From assembly GCA_963718615.1 (NCBI GenBank), contig OY970368.1:2016001-2080000 (forward strand): a stretch of DNA of 64,000 nucleotides, given 5' to 3'. The notes beneath the pieces are model-generated. The model saw only the letters and a program-made list of their open reading frames with translations, did no database searches and was not told where the DNA came from. Positions 51,333 to 62,002 of this stretch are shown piece after piece (position 1 is the first letter of the stretch; each line of letters begins with the position of its first letter). The DNA comes from an uncultured cyanobacterium. Its GTDB lineage: Bacteria; Cyanobacteriota; Cyanobacteriia; PCC-9006; JAAUQQ01. The position numbers and the translations under genes are program-made.

Positions 51333-54300
51333 TTACCAAGGATTGCCCACAAGGTTGAAGGCAGCCCAGTAAAAGGGATGGGTAAAGCGAATCGGTTCAG
51401 CATTGGGCTCAGAATTTACCTCAGAATTCACCTCAGAGGGAGGGTCTGATTCTGCTGCGGGGGGAGCAAGCCACTGTAATTCCGGGGGCAACGGAATCGA
51501 CTGGTGAGCCGTCAGTAATTGACCGTTCTCGATCCGCGTTTCGCCGTTCAGCATGTGAAGCTGGGTGGCTTGCAGGGCGGCGGCGAGTCCGTTTGCAGAG
51601 GAAACCTGACGATAGAAATCCGTCATTAAGGCCAGTGTGCCCACATCTGAGACAGACCATATACTTCCTAATACAGACTTCACACCACTGGCTGCCGCTA
51701 AGCCGGTAAAGCCCAGTTCTGCGTCTGAACTGCCAAGCGCGGTTGCGCAGGCACTAAATGTCAGTAAATCTACGTTGGATAAATCCCAGGGAAGCTGGCG
51801 GAATTTGCGGAGATTGAGTTGTTCTTCCCACAACTGAATAAAGGAATCCTGAGCGGATCCCGGTTGAAAAACGGCGTGGGTGGCGAGATGCAAAATCTCT
51901 GGCCGCTGCTGTTGTTGCTGGTTGAGCAGATTGTCCAGGGTAAAGCCTTCGTTGAGCCAGGGGCGATCGCTTCCCAAACTCTGACTAATGGTTTGCAATT
52001 CTGTCGCGACCGCAGGCAGAGGCGCTAGGGTTTGAAACTGGTCCGCCCCCATGGATAACAATTGGCGGGGGGGCTTGGCAGGGAGTCGGGCATCCATCAA
52101 ACTCATGCTGGGAACGAGCGCTAAGGCATAGCGTTCAATCACAAACGTTTCTTCATCCATCATGGCTGCGACGGGAAGCGTGCGCAGTCCTTCATCTAGG
52201 CTGAAGAGGAGCTGGGTGATCTGATTTTTTTCTAGTTCTGGTTCAAAGGGTTCGACCAACCATTGATAAAACTGTCGTCCCGTGGGTTGATAGCCATATT
52301 CATCGTCCGGGTCAGAGGCGGCCATGCGAAACAGTTGTGCGAGCGGAATGACCTGTTGCCGCTGGACGGGGAGGGTTTTAGCGATCGCTTTCCCCTCCGG
52401 TAAAACCAAAACAATATTCAAATGATCCTGATCGAGTTGGGGCGATCGCCCTTGTTCCGTCAATAAGTCTTGATCAAGCTGGTTAGGACTGGTCGCAGAA
52501 ATGCCTGTTGCTTCAGCTTTCTGACGAGCGGGGGGCCGAAAGAACGCATAGATAACGGCGCTAGCAATTCCTTTGCTGTCCCGCGCTTGGCGTAACCGGG
52601 CCTGAATTTCTCCCAAGCTCAGAGTTTCGCCGGAAGCAATGTCCCAGTAGTTGCGATAGTCTTCACTGCTATTTCGCTCGGACTGTTGCACAAGCATGCC
52701 AGCGGTCGTAGGATCGAGGGAAAGTCCGGTTGAGGGGTTGAGGCTTACCGTCTCATTGGCGTTGGTGAGCAGCGCCGTTTCTGACTGAAGCGCTAACGTG
52801 TTCTCCCACTGAGATATCAATTGCTGAGATGTCAATGGGATCAACGGTAGTTTTGATGCATTAGAGTCAGCGGTTGTTGCCGGGGACAAAGGGTCTGAAG
52901 AAGCCCCAGGATTGCTAACTGGCAACGGCGTTGGAACGGGATTCGGGTGAGCAACAGATGTTGGAATGGGGCTGGGAATGGGGCTAGGAATAGGGTTGAT
53001 AACCGGTGGAATAACAGGCTGGGTTGTCGTGAGTTGATAAGGGATAGGTGTGATCAAACCGGGGGTTGTTGCAGTGGCCGTGTAGGTTGCGGGGAGATCG
53101 GTGGCGGCGATCGCCAAACTCGCCTGCCCCCCGCTAATAGCAACCTGGCTGTTGCCCTCAGGGGTGATACCGCTGGGAACTGTAAAATTGACCCAGCCAC
53201 CATCCACCGGAGCGCCGTCGTTGCTGGCGATCGCCAAGCCAATCGGACTGGCAAAGGCCGTATTTACCTCGGTGGTTTGGGGCGTACCGCTAGCGGTAAT
53301 CACAAAGCCTTGGGATTCAAAGGCACCGATATCGGGATTGCCCCATCTGGCTAGGCCCCGTTGATCCGTGGGGATATTAGAACTGCCTTGGTCGATTGCT
53401 ACACTACCGGGCAATAGGGCTATGGTTTCTGTCAGGCCGCCATAGTTCCCGAGGGGCGCGAGCAGTGGATGGATTGGCGCAGTGTGGGTGCCCACAAACG
53501 CACTGAGGGTGAAGCCTGTTGATCCAGTTTGAATCCCAATCAGATTGTGGTTTAAATCCGTAAACGAACCAAAGAGATCGGGACCTATCGCCGCTTGATT
53601 CTGCGCCACAATCGTATTCGCAACCGTTAAAGCTCCTCCGGCTGTCCCTTGCATAATGCCGCCGCCACGACCTTGACCATCCCCATCGGCATCGGCTTGA
53701 TTATGGGCGATCGTGGCATGGATAAGTTGACCCGTTCCATAGTGATTTAAGCCGCCACCATCCCGCCCTGCTTGGTTATCCGACAAGGTAATATTTTCAC
53801 CCTGAAACGTTGAATTTTGCCCCAGGGAAATTCCGCCACCGTCCAGTCCAGCCGTATTACGAGCGATCGTCGAATTTACCAAGTTTAGGATTCCCCCGGC
53901 AGCAATGGGATTGACCCCAATTCCCCCGCCGTAGTCCCTGGCGTGGTTGTCCGTTACCAGGCTGTTTTTTAGGGTGATAGTACCCGTGAAGTTTTGAAAA
54001 TTCGGAGCCGCTAAACCACCGCCGTTAATGTCAGACTGATTGTTACTCAAGGTAACAGTATCAAGTACCAAATTACTCGAATTTTCAAGATTAATCCCAC
54101 CCCCAAATTGACCCGCTTGATTGCCTTGAATGACGGTCCGCTGAATGTTACCTTGTAATTCTAATAAACTCAGCGCACCGCCATAGAGCTGTGCTTGGTT
54201 GTTGATGAAGTTGCTATCGGCGATCGCCAAATTACCCGTATTATGCCGCACTGCGCCACCGCTGGTCGCAGTATTATTTTGAAAGTTACTCCGAAGGATG

Positions 54301-57164
54301 GAAAGTATTCCATTGTTAACGGCGATCGCTCCCCCATAGCGTGTTGCCACATTATTTTGAAATGTGGTATTATCCACTGTCAGCGTTTCATAATTGTTAA
54401 TGGCACCCCCATCTTGGGTCGCTTGATTGGCGTCAAAGAGCGAGTTACGAATTACCATCGTAGCGCCAACGTCGTTTTGGATTGCACCCCCGAAAGCCGT
54501 TGCAATATTGTTTTGAAATTGCGTGTTCTCTATCTGAAAATTACCGCCATCACTCGCCTCTAGACCGCCGCCAAATCTGGCTTGGTTATTGAGAAATTCA
54601 CTAAAGGCGATCGTGCCATTAGCATTCGACAGTCTTAAGCCGCCGCCGTCCCCAACCGCCGTGTTGTCCTGAAATGTTGCCGACTGAATATCAACCGATG
54701 TATTGACGGCAAAAATTCCTCCTCCGTGACTGGCTGCTTGATTGTGGTCAATAGAGGTATTTTGCAATGTAAGGGGTCCATTGCTCCATAGACCCCCACC
54801 ATTGGTTTGGCTAACGTTGGCACTTACTCCAATATTACTCAGATTCAGACGGCCTAAATTGTTATAAATTCCTCCTCCTCGATCTGAGGAGAGATTCCCG
54901 CTAATACCTGAGAAAAGGGCATTGACGGTACTTCCAGCGCCGATATTCGCAATGCCACCTCCCCGAACTGCCGAGTTTTGATCAACGCCAACGGCGTTTA
55001 GAGTTAATTGGCCGAGGTTATAAATTCCTCCTCCCTCATTGGTCGTCGTATTACCACTAATACCGCTATTTAAAATCTGGCTTGAACCGCTGAGAAAAAG
55101 CCCTCCTCCATCGACTGCGGCTTGATTTTGGGTGATGCTACTGTCCCGAATGATTAAGCTAGAAGTCGGTGCACTGCTATCGATTCCGCCTCCGTCTAGA
55201 CCAGACTGATTATTGAAAACCGCAACATTTTCTAGGGTTAAATTGCCTTCATTTAAGATACCTGCACCGGATTCTCCTGTGGGGGTTTGTCCGTTGACGA
55301 TCGCCACATTCCGAATCGTTGCTGTCGTCCCCGGTGCAACAAAGAAATTTCGAGACTGATTACTTCCGCTAATGGTTGTCGTTGCTAAATTTCCACCATC
55401 AATCGTGACATCCTTATTGATCGTTACTAGGGCAAAGCTTGGGTTCCCGCTATAAACGCCTGATCCTAAGTTGATCTGACGGGGGCCAGCCACATTACCG
55501 ATTGCATCGATCGCCTGCTGAATGGACTGAGTAGGAGAATTGATTTCCAGATTGACTTGATTGAGATTAAACGTTAATTCTCCGGTACTATTCAGGTTAA
55601 TTGAAGTTCCACCGACTCGATTAAAGCGTCGTCCCGTTAACGTTAGGGCGGCATTGCCGCCACCGGTTTGATTGATGGAGTTTCGCAACGTAATGTCGCC
55701 ATTGCCGCCGCTCCCGCTGCTGGTGGTAATGAAAACATTAGTACCGGTATTGAGAGCGCCTTCAATTTGGCCAGGGGAGATTTGGCTCGCGGTTCCCGTT
55801 GTGCTGGGGTCAAACAGCCCGCTGCTCAGAGATCCTGTGCCACTATTAATGATGTCAATGTCGCTGGGATCTAGGAGCCAGGTGCCTGGTATTCCTTGGG
55901 TTGCACTGGCATCAACCTGGGCGTCTTGAACATTCAGGACCGCTTTGCCCGAGGTTTCAAGCAGCCCGCCGTCGCCCCCCTGAGGCCCGCCCTGGGCGGT
56001 AGCGCTGCCTGCAAAACGGGTCTGCGCCTCAGACCAAACGGTGATCTGCCCGCCCTGGCCTTGAAGGGTGGCATCAGCCTGTAGCTGGCTCTGGCTATCC
56101 ACATTAACGATTTGGGCACGGGGTAAGTCACCTTGTCCTTGCTGATCGCCTCCGATCCGGATTTGTCCCCCCTGAGTTTCGCCGTTGGCCTCCAGGGTTG
56201 CATGGGCGAGCTGAATCTGTTGACCCAGCACCTGAATCTGACCTCCTTGGGTCCCGCTGGTGTTGATTTTGCCAGAGGCGATCGCCTCCCCCGCCCGCAA
56301 CGAAATCTGTCCTTGGGCGTTAATGGCGATGCCGGTTGCCTCCTGTACCGCCGGGGGCAGATCCGCCTGTGCTGTAATCGTGCTATCTGAGAACGTCGGT
56401 GCGTTGGTTTCGGTTGGGGGGGCAGGCAATGGGGCGGCAGGACCTGCCAGCCTGACTTTGAGTAAGCCCTGACCATAGTCCAACTGCACGGCTTGCCCCT
56501 GGGGCACCGCCATTAGCGTCACTTGACCTTCTGGGGCATTGAGTTGACCGGTATTGACAACGCTATCGCCAATTAGCGCCAAATCTTGACCCGGTTTGAC
56601 GTCCAGATTCCCTTGATTGATGACTGCACCACCGGGCTGATCGACTGCAAACGTTGCCCCTTGGGGATTGCCAAGCAATCGCTGATAATCATTCGATCCA
56701 ATCGCTGCAAATTGCCCATCAGAAAATTCTAGGGTACGGGCCGTTGTGGCGGTAAAGGCTCCGGACAGATCGAGTCGCGCATTCGGACCAAAGACGATGC
56801 CCTGGGGGTTGATCAAAAATAGCCGTGCGGTGCTATCTATTACGCGCAGCGTGCCGTCAATCTGGGAGGACTGCCCGCCGGTGACGCGCCCAAGGACATT
56901 TTCGACTTGGGGGCCGGGGGAGAATTCTGCGGTTTGCTGCTGGCTGAGGTTGAACTGGTCAAAGCTATGGAACAGGTTTTGTCCGGCTTGGGTGCCCCCT
57001 TGAATTTGGAAGCGATCGCCCGTTTGCAGAACGCTTGTACCGGTGCCGTCCGGTGCTGAAATAATCCCTGGAATCGATTGGGCCAGGGATTGAGGGCAAT
57101 ATCCCCCTGCAATCCCGAGGAGAATCGGCAAGGAAAGGCGAGAGGCAGATTGTGCAGAGTCCAT
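51333..57164 (-). CDS. Large exoprotein: haemagglutinin N-domain, Pmp-like beta-helix, choice-of-anchor-Q-like motif, CHAT
   Basis: NLFHSF, NPQG, GG(A/G)I-FxxN repeats, TDQRG...DIGAFE, HLATHA and FSACAT. Confidence 0.9.
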   Translation of the reverse strand: MDSAQSASRLSLPILLGIAGGYCPQSLAQSIPGIISAPDGTGTSVLQTGDRFQIQGGTQAGQNLFHSFDQFNLSQQQTAEFSPGPQVENVLGRVTGGQSSQIDGTLRVIDSTARLFLINPQGIVFGPNARLDLSGAFTATTARTLEFSDGQFAAIGSNDYQRLLGNPQGATFAVDQPGGAVINQGNLDVKPGQDLALIGDSVVNTGQLNAPEGQVTLMAVPQGQAVQLDYGQGLLKVRLAGPAAPLPAPPTETNAPTFSDSTITAQADLPPAVQEATGIAINAQGQISLRAGEAIASGKINTSGTQGGQIQVLGQQIQLAHATLEANGETQGGQIRIGGDQQGQGDLPRAQIVNVDSQSQLQADATLQGQGGQITVWSEAQTRFAGSATAQGGPQGGDGGLLETSGKAVLNVQDAQVDASATQGIPGTWLLDPSDIDIINSGTGSLSSGLFDPSTTGTASQISPGQIEGALNTGTNVFITTSSGSGGNGDITLRNSINQTGGGNAALTLTGRRFNRVGGTSINLNSTGELTFNLNQVNLEINSPTQSIQQAIDAIGNVAGPRQINLGSGVYSGNPSFALVTINKDVTIDGGNLATTTISGSNQSRNFFVAPGTTATIRNVAIVNGQTPTGESGAGILNEGNLTLENVAVFNNQSGLDGGGIDSSAPTSSLIIRDSSITQNQAAVDGGGLFLSGSSQILNSGISGNTTTNEGGGIYNLGQLTLNAVGVDQNSAVRGGGIANIGAGSTVNALFSGISGNLSSDRGGGIYNNLGRLNLSNIGVSANVSQTNGGGLWSNGPLTLQNTSIDHNQAASHGGGIFAVNTSVDIQSATFQDNTAVGDGGGLRLSNANGTIAFSEFLNNQARFGGGLEASDGGNFQIENTQFQNNIATAFGGAIQNDVGATMVIRNSLFDANQATQDGGAINNYETLTVDNTTFQNNVATRYGGAIAVNNGILSILRSNFQNNTATSGGAVRHNTGNLAIADSNFINNQAQLYGGALSLLELQGNIQRTVIQGNQAGQFGGGINLENSSNLVLDTVTLSNNQSDINGGGLAAPNFQNFTGTITLKNSLVTDNHARDYGGGIGVNPIAAGGILNLVNSTIARNTAGLDGGGISLGQNSTFQGENITLSDNQAGRDGGGLNHYGTGQLIHATIAHNQADADGDGQGRGGGIMQGTAGGALTVANTIVAQNQAAIGPDLFGSFTDLNHNLIGIQTGSTGFTLSAFVGTHTAPIHPLLAPLGNYGGLTETIALLPGSVAIDQGSSNIPTDQRGLARWGNPDIGAFESQGFVITASGTPQTTEVNTAFASPIGLAIASNDGAPVDGGWVNFTVPSGITPEGNSQVAISGGQASLAIAATDLPATYTATATTPGLITPIPYQLTTTQPVIPPVINPIPSPIPSPIPTSVAHPNPVPTPLPVSNPGASSDPLSPATTADSNASKLPLIPLTSQQLISQWENTLALQSETALLTNANETVSLNPSTGLSLDPTTAGMLVQQSERNSSEDYRNYWDIASGETLSLGEIQARLRQARDSKGIASAVIYAFFRPPARQKAEATGISATSPNQLDQDLLTEQGRSPQLDQDHLNIVLVLPEGKAIAKTLPVQRQQVIPLAQLFRMAASDPDDEYGYQPTGRQFYQWLVEPFEPELEKNQITQLLFSLDEGLRTLPVAAMMDEETFVIERYALALVPSMSLMDARLPAKPPRQLLSMGADQFQTLAPLPAVATELQTISQSLGSDRPWLNEGFTLDNLLNQQQQQRPEILHLATHAVFQPGSAQDSFIQLWEEQLNLRKFRQLPWDLSNVDLLTFSACATALGSSDAELGFTGLAAASGVKSVLGSIWSVSDVGTLALMTDFYRQVSSANGLAAALQATQLHMLNGETRIENGQLLTAHQSIPLPPELQWLAPPAAESDPPSEVNSEVNSEPNAEPIRFTHPFYWAAFNLVGNPW

Positions 57165-57520
57165 AGTCTTCTACCGGTCGGTGCCCAAGGGCCACAAACT
57201 ACACTCAGACTGATGTCTAGGTCGGTTTGAGGCTGGAAGTGATTCGGGATCGATGGGTAGATGACGTAGGATTAGAATACCCAATGGGGTTGAGGAAGCG
57301 ACGCAGGTTTGTTGTCGTGCTCAACGACTTACGGCATCACAGGTTTTGGTAGGCCGCGCCCCCACAACCTTGACTAGAAAGGACTCAGATTCAAGCTTGC
57401 AAGCATCCAGAATATTCCAATTCAGTGCTTCTTGAGACAGCATTGAAGTTGCTCATATACCTCATTCAGGCGATCGCCTCGCCAACCAATCGTTCAAAGT
57501 CCAATGCAAACGGGCGAGGA

Positions 57521-58213
57521 TTAAAATAATGCTCTCGTTAAATCTGCGTTCAATAAATTGGCTCCCGTTAAATCCGTCTCTCGTAAATCTACCCCTTGCA
57601 AATTGGCTCCCGTCAAATCTGCATAGCTTAAGTCTGCTCCTTGCAAATTCGCATCCCGCAAATCCACAGCGACCCCTGGCTGCTCCAAGGAACGGCATAA
57701 ACTTGCACGACAAAGCCTAGCCCCTTGCAAATTGGCTCGACGCAGACTGGCCCCATCCAATCGCGCATAGCTTAGATCTGCGTTCTGCAAAATCGCATCT
57801 GATAAATCCGTTCGGTGGGTTGCACTGGTTCGCAAATCTGCATCAAAAAGGAGGGCATTGGTGAGATTTGCGCGCTGAAGATTGACCCCACTTAAAATTG
57901 CTTTACAGCAATGGGCTGCTACTAACTGAGCCTCTATCAAAATCGCACCACTTAAATCTGCTTCCCGTAAGCGAATCCCTTGGAGCAGAGCAGTAGAGAG
58001 ATCAGCCCCCCAGAAAATCGATTCACTCAAATCCCCAGCTTGCAAGTTTGCTTGACGCAAATCGCTTTTGCCAAAATGCGCCTGCCGCAGATCTGCACCG
58101 CTAAAATCAATTCCTCTGAGGCATGCACCCGTAAAGGCTGCCTCATGGATTTTAACCTGGGAAAAACAGGTTTCCCCCGCCGCATAGCGTTGCAAAATAA
58201 CTTGGCTATTCAC
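57521..58213 (-). CDS. Pentapeptide repeat protein
   Basis: LQRYAAGE followed by A(D/N)L repeats. Confidence 0.9.
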   Translation of the reverse strand: MNSQVILQRYAAGETCFSQVKIHEAAFTGACLRGIDFSGADLRQAHFGKSDLRQANLQAGDLSESIFWGADLSTALLQGIRLREADLSGAILIEAQLVAAHCCKAILSGVNLQRANLTNALLFDADLRTSATHRTDLSDAILQNADLSYARLDGASLRRANLQGARLCRASLCRSLEQPGVAVDLRDANLQGADLSYADLTGANLQGVDLRETDLTGANLLNADLTRALF

Positions 58214-58285
58214 TGCACGATCCCCTCAACCAATATGAACCAAACTACTGATTAAAAAACGATGACTTGCTTAGCTTAACTCGAC

Positions 58286-58621
58286 TTAATTCCCAAAATT
58301 CTGAATTTGGCGCTTGAGGCGATCGCTAATGCCATCACAAACAATCTCACACAACTCAAAAACCCGAGGATCAATAATTTTATAGTAGGCACTCACCCCC
58401 TTGGGTTGCCGCTCCAAAATTCCGGCCTGGGTCATAATCTTGAGATGCTTCGACAAATTGGCCTGACTAAACCCCGTGGCCTCGGTCAGCTCCATTACAT
58501 TCATCGGCCCCCCCCGCAAACAATTCAGGATCTGTAACCGGGTGACCTCCGATAGCACCTTGAAGTAGTCCGCAAGTAGCGCCAGACTATCGGGGGATAG
58601 CGACGAAGGAGATGAAGGCAT
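58286..58621 (-). CDS. ArsR/SmtB family regulator
   Basis: FKVLSEVTRLQIL...SQANLSKHLK...FELCEIVC. The longer ORF overlaps feoAB and is spurious; start may be 58666. Confidence 0.9.
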   Translation of the reverse strand: MPSSPSSLSPDSLALLADYFKVLSEVTRLQILNCLRGGPMNVMELTEATGFSQANLSKHLKIMTQAGILERQPKGVSAYYKIIDPRVFELCEIVCDGISDRLKRQIQNFGN

Positions 58622-58708
58622 AGGCAGCGGGCAATCAAAGTCCAAGAGGGAATGGGAGACCTCCATTTTACGGGACTCATCCTCTTTTTCTGAAGTCTGT
58701 GCAATAAT

Positions 58709-58727
58709 CATGAAAATAATTGTCAAT
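58709..58727. promoter_or_regulatory. Putative Fur box upstream of feoA
   Basis: CATGAAAATAATTGTCAAT. Confidence 0.55.
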
Positions 58728-58746
58728 AAAGCAGCGGATTTAAGCC

Positions 58747-58989
58747 ATGGGCCTATCTGAATTGCGGATTGGTGAAGTCGCCTTTGTTCAACAGGTGAAT
58801 ACAGAGACTCACGAAGCAGCGCTAAAGGGACGTTTTGAGGCATTGGGAATCTATAGCAATCGACCGATTCGCGTGTTGCGAAAAGCGAGATTTGGTGGAC
58901 CGCTCCATGTTCGGATCGGAGCAACGGCAGAAGTGGTCCTCCGGCGTCAAGAGGCGGCGCGAATTTTAGTGTGGTCGAAGCAATCATGA
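58747..58989 (+). CDS. feoA: Ferrous iron transport protein A
   Basis: RFEALGI...ARFGGPLHV...LRRQEA; stop overlaps the feoB start (ATGA). Confidence 0.9.
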   Translation: MGLSELRIGEVAFVQQVNTETHEAALKGRFEALGIYSNRPIRVLRKARFGGPLHVRIGATAEVVLRRQEAARILVWSKQS

Positions 58990-60845
58990 AACAGAACATC
59001 CAGATCAGTGAGCCTCTGGGGAGTACACGGGAACCCCGAGTTGTTTTGATTGGCATGCCGAACACAGGGAAGTCAACCTTGTTTAACCGTATTACAAAGG
59101 CTGCGGCCTCTGTGGGAAATTGGCCCGGCATGACGGTTTCCTTGCTCCAAGCCCAGGTGCAAATCCAGGGAAAAACCATAGAGGTTGTTGACCTACCGGG
59201 GATCTATGACCTCGGTGGCTTTTCTGATGACGAAAAGGTAGTTCAGGATTTTCTAGAGAATTTTGCGGTTGATTTAGTAATTATTGTCATTAATTCTGCA
59301 CAAATTGATCATCAAATTCGCTTGCTGTTGCAGGCTAAATGTCTCAATCTCCCCATTTTGGTCATTCTGAACATGGCCGATGAAGCGCAGCAGTATGGAA
59401 TTCGGATCGCGGTCGAAGAACTCTCTCGCCGATTAGAGTTGCCTGTGATTCTGCTCAGTGCGAAATATGGCAAAGCGGATCAAGTGATTGAGCAGGCCAT
59501 TGAGCAGGCGATCGCCCCATCCCTCTTCCAGTCGACGCCTGCTTCCCCCCTTCCCAACCTACTCGCCTGTCTTGGGGATCAAGCGGCGATCGCCCCCGCC
59601 ACCCTTGAGAACCTCCTGGCCGGTGTGGTAACCCTGTCTCCCCAACGGGGTGGATTGACGCCTCGAATTGATGCTTTGCTGTTGCATCCCGTTTGGGGAT
59701 TACCGCTGTTTTTTTCAGGCATGTTTTTGGTGTTCTGGCTGATTTGGAGTCTCGGTTTACCCGCCCAAGGACTCATGGGTCAACTTACCGATACTGTCCA
59801 AACATGGGTTTTAGAACCCTTGCTCGCGCCCTTACCACCCTTAATTCAAGATTTTTTCATCAATGGCTGTTGGAATGGCCTTGCAACGGTGGCTTCGTTT
59901 ATTCCCCTCATTCTGCTCTTCTTTATTTTGATGGCTGTCCTCGAAGATAGTGGCTATCTTTCTCGGTCTGCCTATTTGATGGATGCATTGATGGAAAGAC
60001 TGGGGCTAGATGGCCGCAGTTTCGTCATGCAAATGCTGGGGTTTGGTTGTAATGTGCCCGCATTAATGGGAACTCGGGTGATGCGATCGCGATCGCTCCG
60101 TTTACTCACCATGTTAGTCATTCCCTTTTCTCTTTGTTCAGCTCGACTTCAGGTTTTTGTCTTTATCTTGACCGCTGTTTTTTCAGATCAACGGGGGGCG
60201 ATCGCCCTATTTTCGCTCTATCTCCTCAGTTTTGCCGTCGCTCTGATCACCGCCGCCCTACTCCAAAACTTCTTTCCCCACAATGAGCCCTTTGTGCTCG
60301 AACTTCCACCCTATCGTTGGCCCACTTTCCGTCAAGTAATCCTGAGAAGCTGGATCGAGGTTAGGGATTTTCTGACCCGTGCTTCAGGGTTTATTCTTGT
60401 GGGCTGCATAGCAGTTTGGATGGTGACCAATCTTCCTCCTGGAGCGACTCAATTGGACAGTATCGGGGGCCAAATGGGTCAATGGCTCCAGCCAGTGATG
60501 GCTCCGCTGGGCATTGATCCCAAGCTAACCCTTGCCCTGATTTTTGGTTTTGTGGCGAAGGAAGTCGTCGTTGGAGCCTTAGCCGTCATCTATGGTTTAG
60601 GAGGATTGGGATTGAACGATGTCACGTTTCAGCACACGTTAGGGGCACAGATCAGTTTTGCCCAGGGCTATAGCTTTTGCATTTTTTGCCTCCTATATAC
60701 CCCCTGTCTTGCGACGCTGTCCACACTCCTGAATGAATCTAGATCCTGGAAGTTTATGCTATTCTCCCTGGGATTCTCGCTGCTCTTAGCCTGGGCAAGC
60801 AGTTTTGTCTTTTATCAAAGCGCCTTGTTATTAGGCTTTAGCTAG
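58986..60845 (+). CDS. feoB: Ferrous iron transport protein B
   Basis: GMPNTGKST, NWPG, DLPG, NMAD, GFGCNVP and LYTPC. Confidence 0.95.
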   Translation: MKQNIQISEPLGSTREPRVVLIGMPNTGKSTLFNRITKAAASVGNWPGMTVSLLQAQVQIQGKTIEVVDLPGIYDLGGFSDDEKVVQDFLENFAVDLVIIVINSAQIDHQIRLLLQAKCLNLPILVILNMADEAQQYGIRIAVEELSRRLELPVILLSAKYGKADQVIEQAIEQAIAPSLFQSTPASPLPNLLACLGDQAAIAPATLENLLAGVVTLSPQRGGLTPRIDALLLHPVWGLPLFFSGMFLVFWLIWSLGLPAQGLMGQLTDTVQTWVLEPLLAPLPPLIQDFFINGCWNGLATVASFIPLILLFFILMAVLEDSGYLSRSAYLMDALMERLGLDGRSFVMQMLGFGCNVPALMGTRVMRSRSLRLLTMLVIPFSLCSARLQVFVFILTAVFSDQRGAIALFSLYLLSFAVALITAALLQNFFPHNEPFVLELPPYRWPTFRQVILRSWIEVRDFLTRASGFILVGCIAVWMVTNLPPGATQLDSIGGQMGQWLQPVMAPLGIDPKLTLALIFGFVAKEVVVGALAVIYGLGGLGLNDVTFQHTLGAQISFAQGYSFCIFCLLYTPCLATLSTLLNESRSWKFMLFSLGFSLLLAWASSFVFYQSALLLGFS

Positions 60846-61837
60846 GCCGAATGTTCCGGTTGCAATTGCAGGTCCGGCGCAGAGCCAAAGATTTTATCCG
60901 TAAAGCGCACATACCAGGCAGCGGCTTGCACTTGGATAATGTAGGCCATGGCAATAATCAAGGCAATTTCAGACCCTTTTTCACCGAAGGCGCTCATGGC
61001 GATCGCCAAAGCAATGGACAGATTGCGCATCACAGTACCGTAGACCAGGGCGATCGCATCACCTCGATTAAAGAAGAATTTGCCCACAAGGGTACTGAGT
61101 AGAAAGTTGCCAAGATAGAGGATCGCCAAGGGTAGCAAAAACGAAAGTAGCTCCATGGGATTATTCACAATAGCCTTAGATTTGATTGCCATGGCCACAA
61201 AGACAATGCCGAGAACGCCCAAGGTTGAAAATGTCGGAAACTTTTGTTTGAGGTTTTTGTTGTACTTGTCGACCCCGACCAGTTGAATCAAAATAATTCG
61301 CGTTGCAATCCCCAAAACCATGGGTAAGAAAACAATGATGATAATTTGTTTGAAAATTTCCCTTAAGGGGATTGTAACCACGGCTCCCATTAAAAACTTG
61401 GCGTAAAAAGGCGTGGCAACGGACCCTAAAATTAGACCAATTACGGTCATTTTGACCGCAGCACTAAGATTCCCTTTGGCAAATCCAGTCCAAGAAATCG
61501 TCATCCCACTGGTGGGCAATAGCGAAGCCAGCAGCAGTCCTAAAGCCACGAGGGGGCGATCGCCAAAGAAAAGCTTACCCATGCCAAAGGCAAAGAAGGG
61601 AACAATGGCAAAGTTAATCAGTTGGGTCACGAGCTGAACCTTATAGTCGCCACCAGAAAGAACCTTCTGAAATTGAAGGTTGATCATCATGGGATAAACC
61701 ATGAGAAATGTCAGGGGAATAATCAAAGACTTCAGCGGAGCAGGATTGACGATCGAACCCACGACGATCCCTGCAACCATAAAAATGGGAACGGACCAAA
61801 CCAGATTTTTCTGAAGAAATCCCAGTAACTTCCACAC
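60842..61837 (-). CDS. ACR3-like / bile acid:Na+ symporter family transporter
   Basis: MVYPMM, LLPTSGMTISWTG and RNLSIALAIA; start uncertain (GTG 61837 or ATG 61924). Confidence 0.85.
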   Translation of the reverse strand: MWKLLGFLQKNLVWSVPIFMVAGIVVGSIVNPAPLKSLIIPLTFLMVYPMMINLQFQKVLSGGDYKVQLVTQLINFAIVPFFAFGMGKLFFGDRPLVALGLLLASLLPTSGMTISWTGFAKGNLSAAVKMTVIGLILGSVATPFYAKFLMGAVVTIPLREIFKQIIIIVFLPMVLGIATRIILIQLVGVDKYNKNLKQKFPTFSTLGVLGIVFVAMAIKSKAIVNNPMELLSFLLPLAILYLGNFLLSTLVGKFFFNRGDAIALVYGTVMRNLSIALAIAMSAFGEKGSEIALIIAMAYIIQVQAAAWYVRFTDKIFGSAPDLQLQPEHSA

Positions 61838-61932
61838 GAGTTTTGAGCTCCCGTAATCTTGCAAATATTTTTCAAAACCGACGACGCGAGGCTTGAGAGA
61901 ATTAGAATGTCGATCGTCTTCCATTCAATATA

Positions 61933-61946
61933 TAACTAATTAGTTA
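61933..61946. promoter_or_regulatory. Perfect 14-bp palindrome, candidate ArsR-family operator
   Basis: TAACTAATTAGTTA directly upstream of the transporter. Confidence 0.5.
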
Positions 61947-62002
61947 ATTAGGCAATCAAGCAATTCTTGTGCCGCTGGCCATTGCCAAAAGAACACCTAG
62001 CC

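Noticed and set aside
58622-59179. N-terminal extension of the 297-aa ArsR ORF
   Set aside because: Overlaps feoA/feoB on the opposite strand; not part of the real protein.
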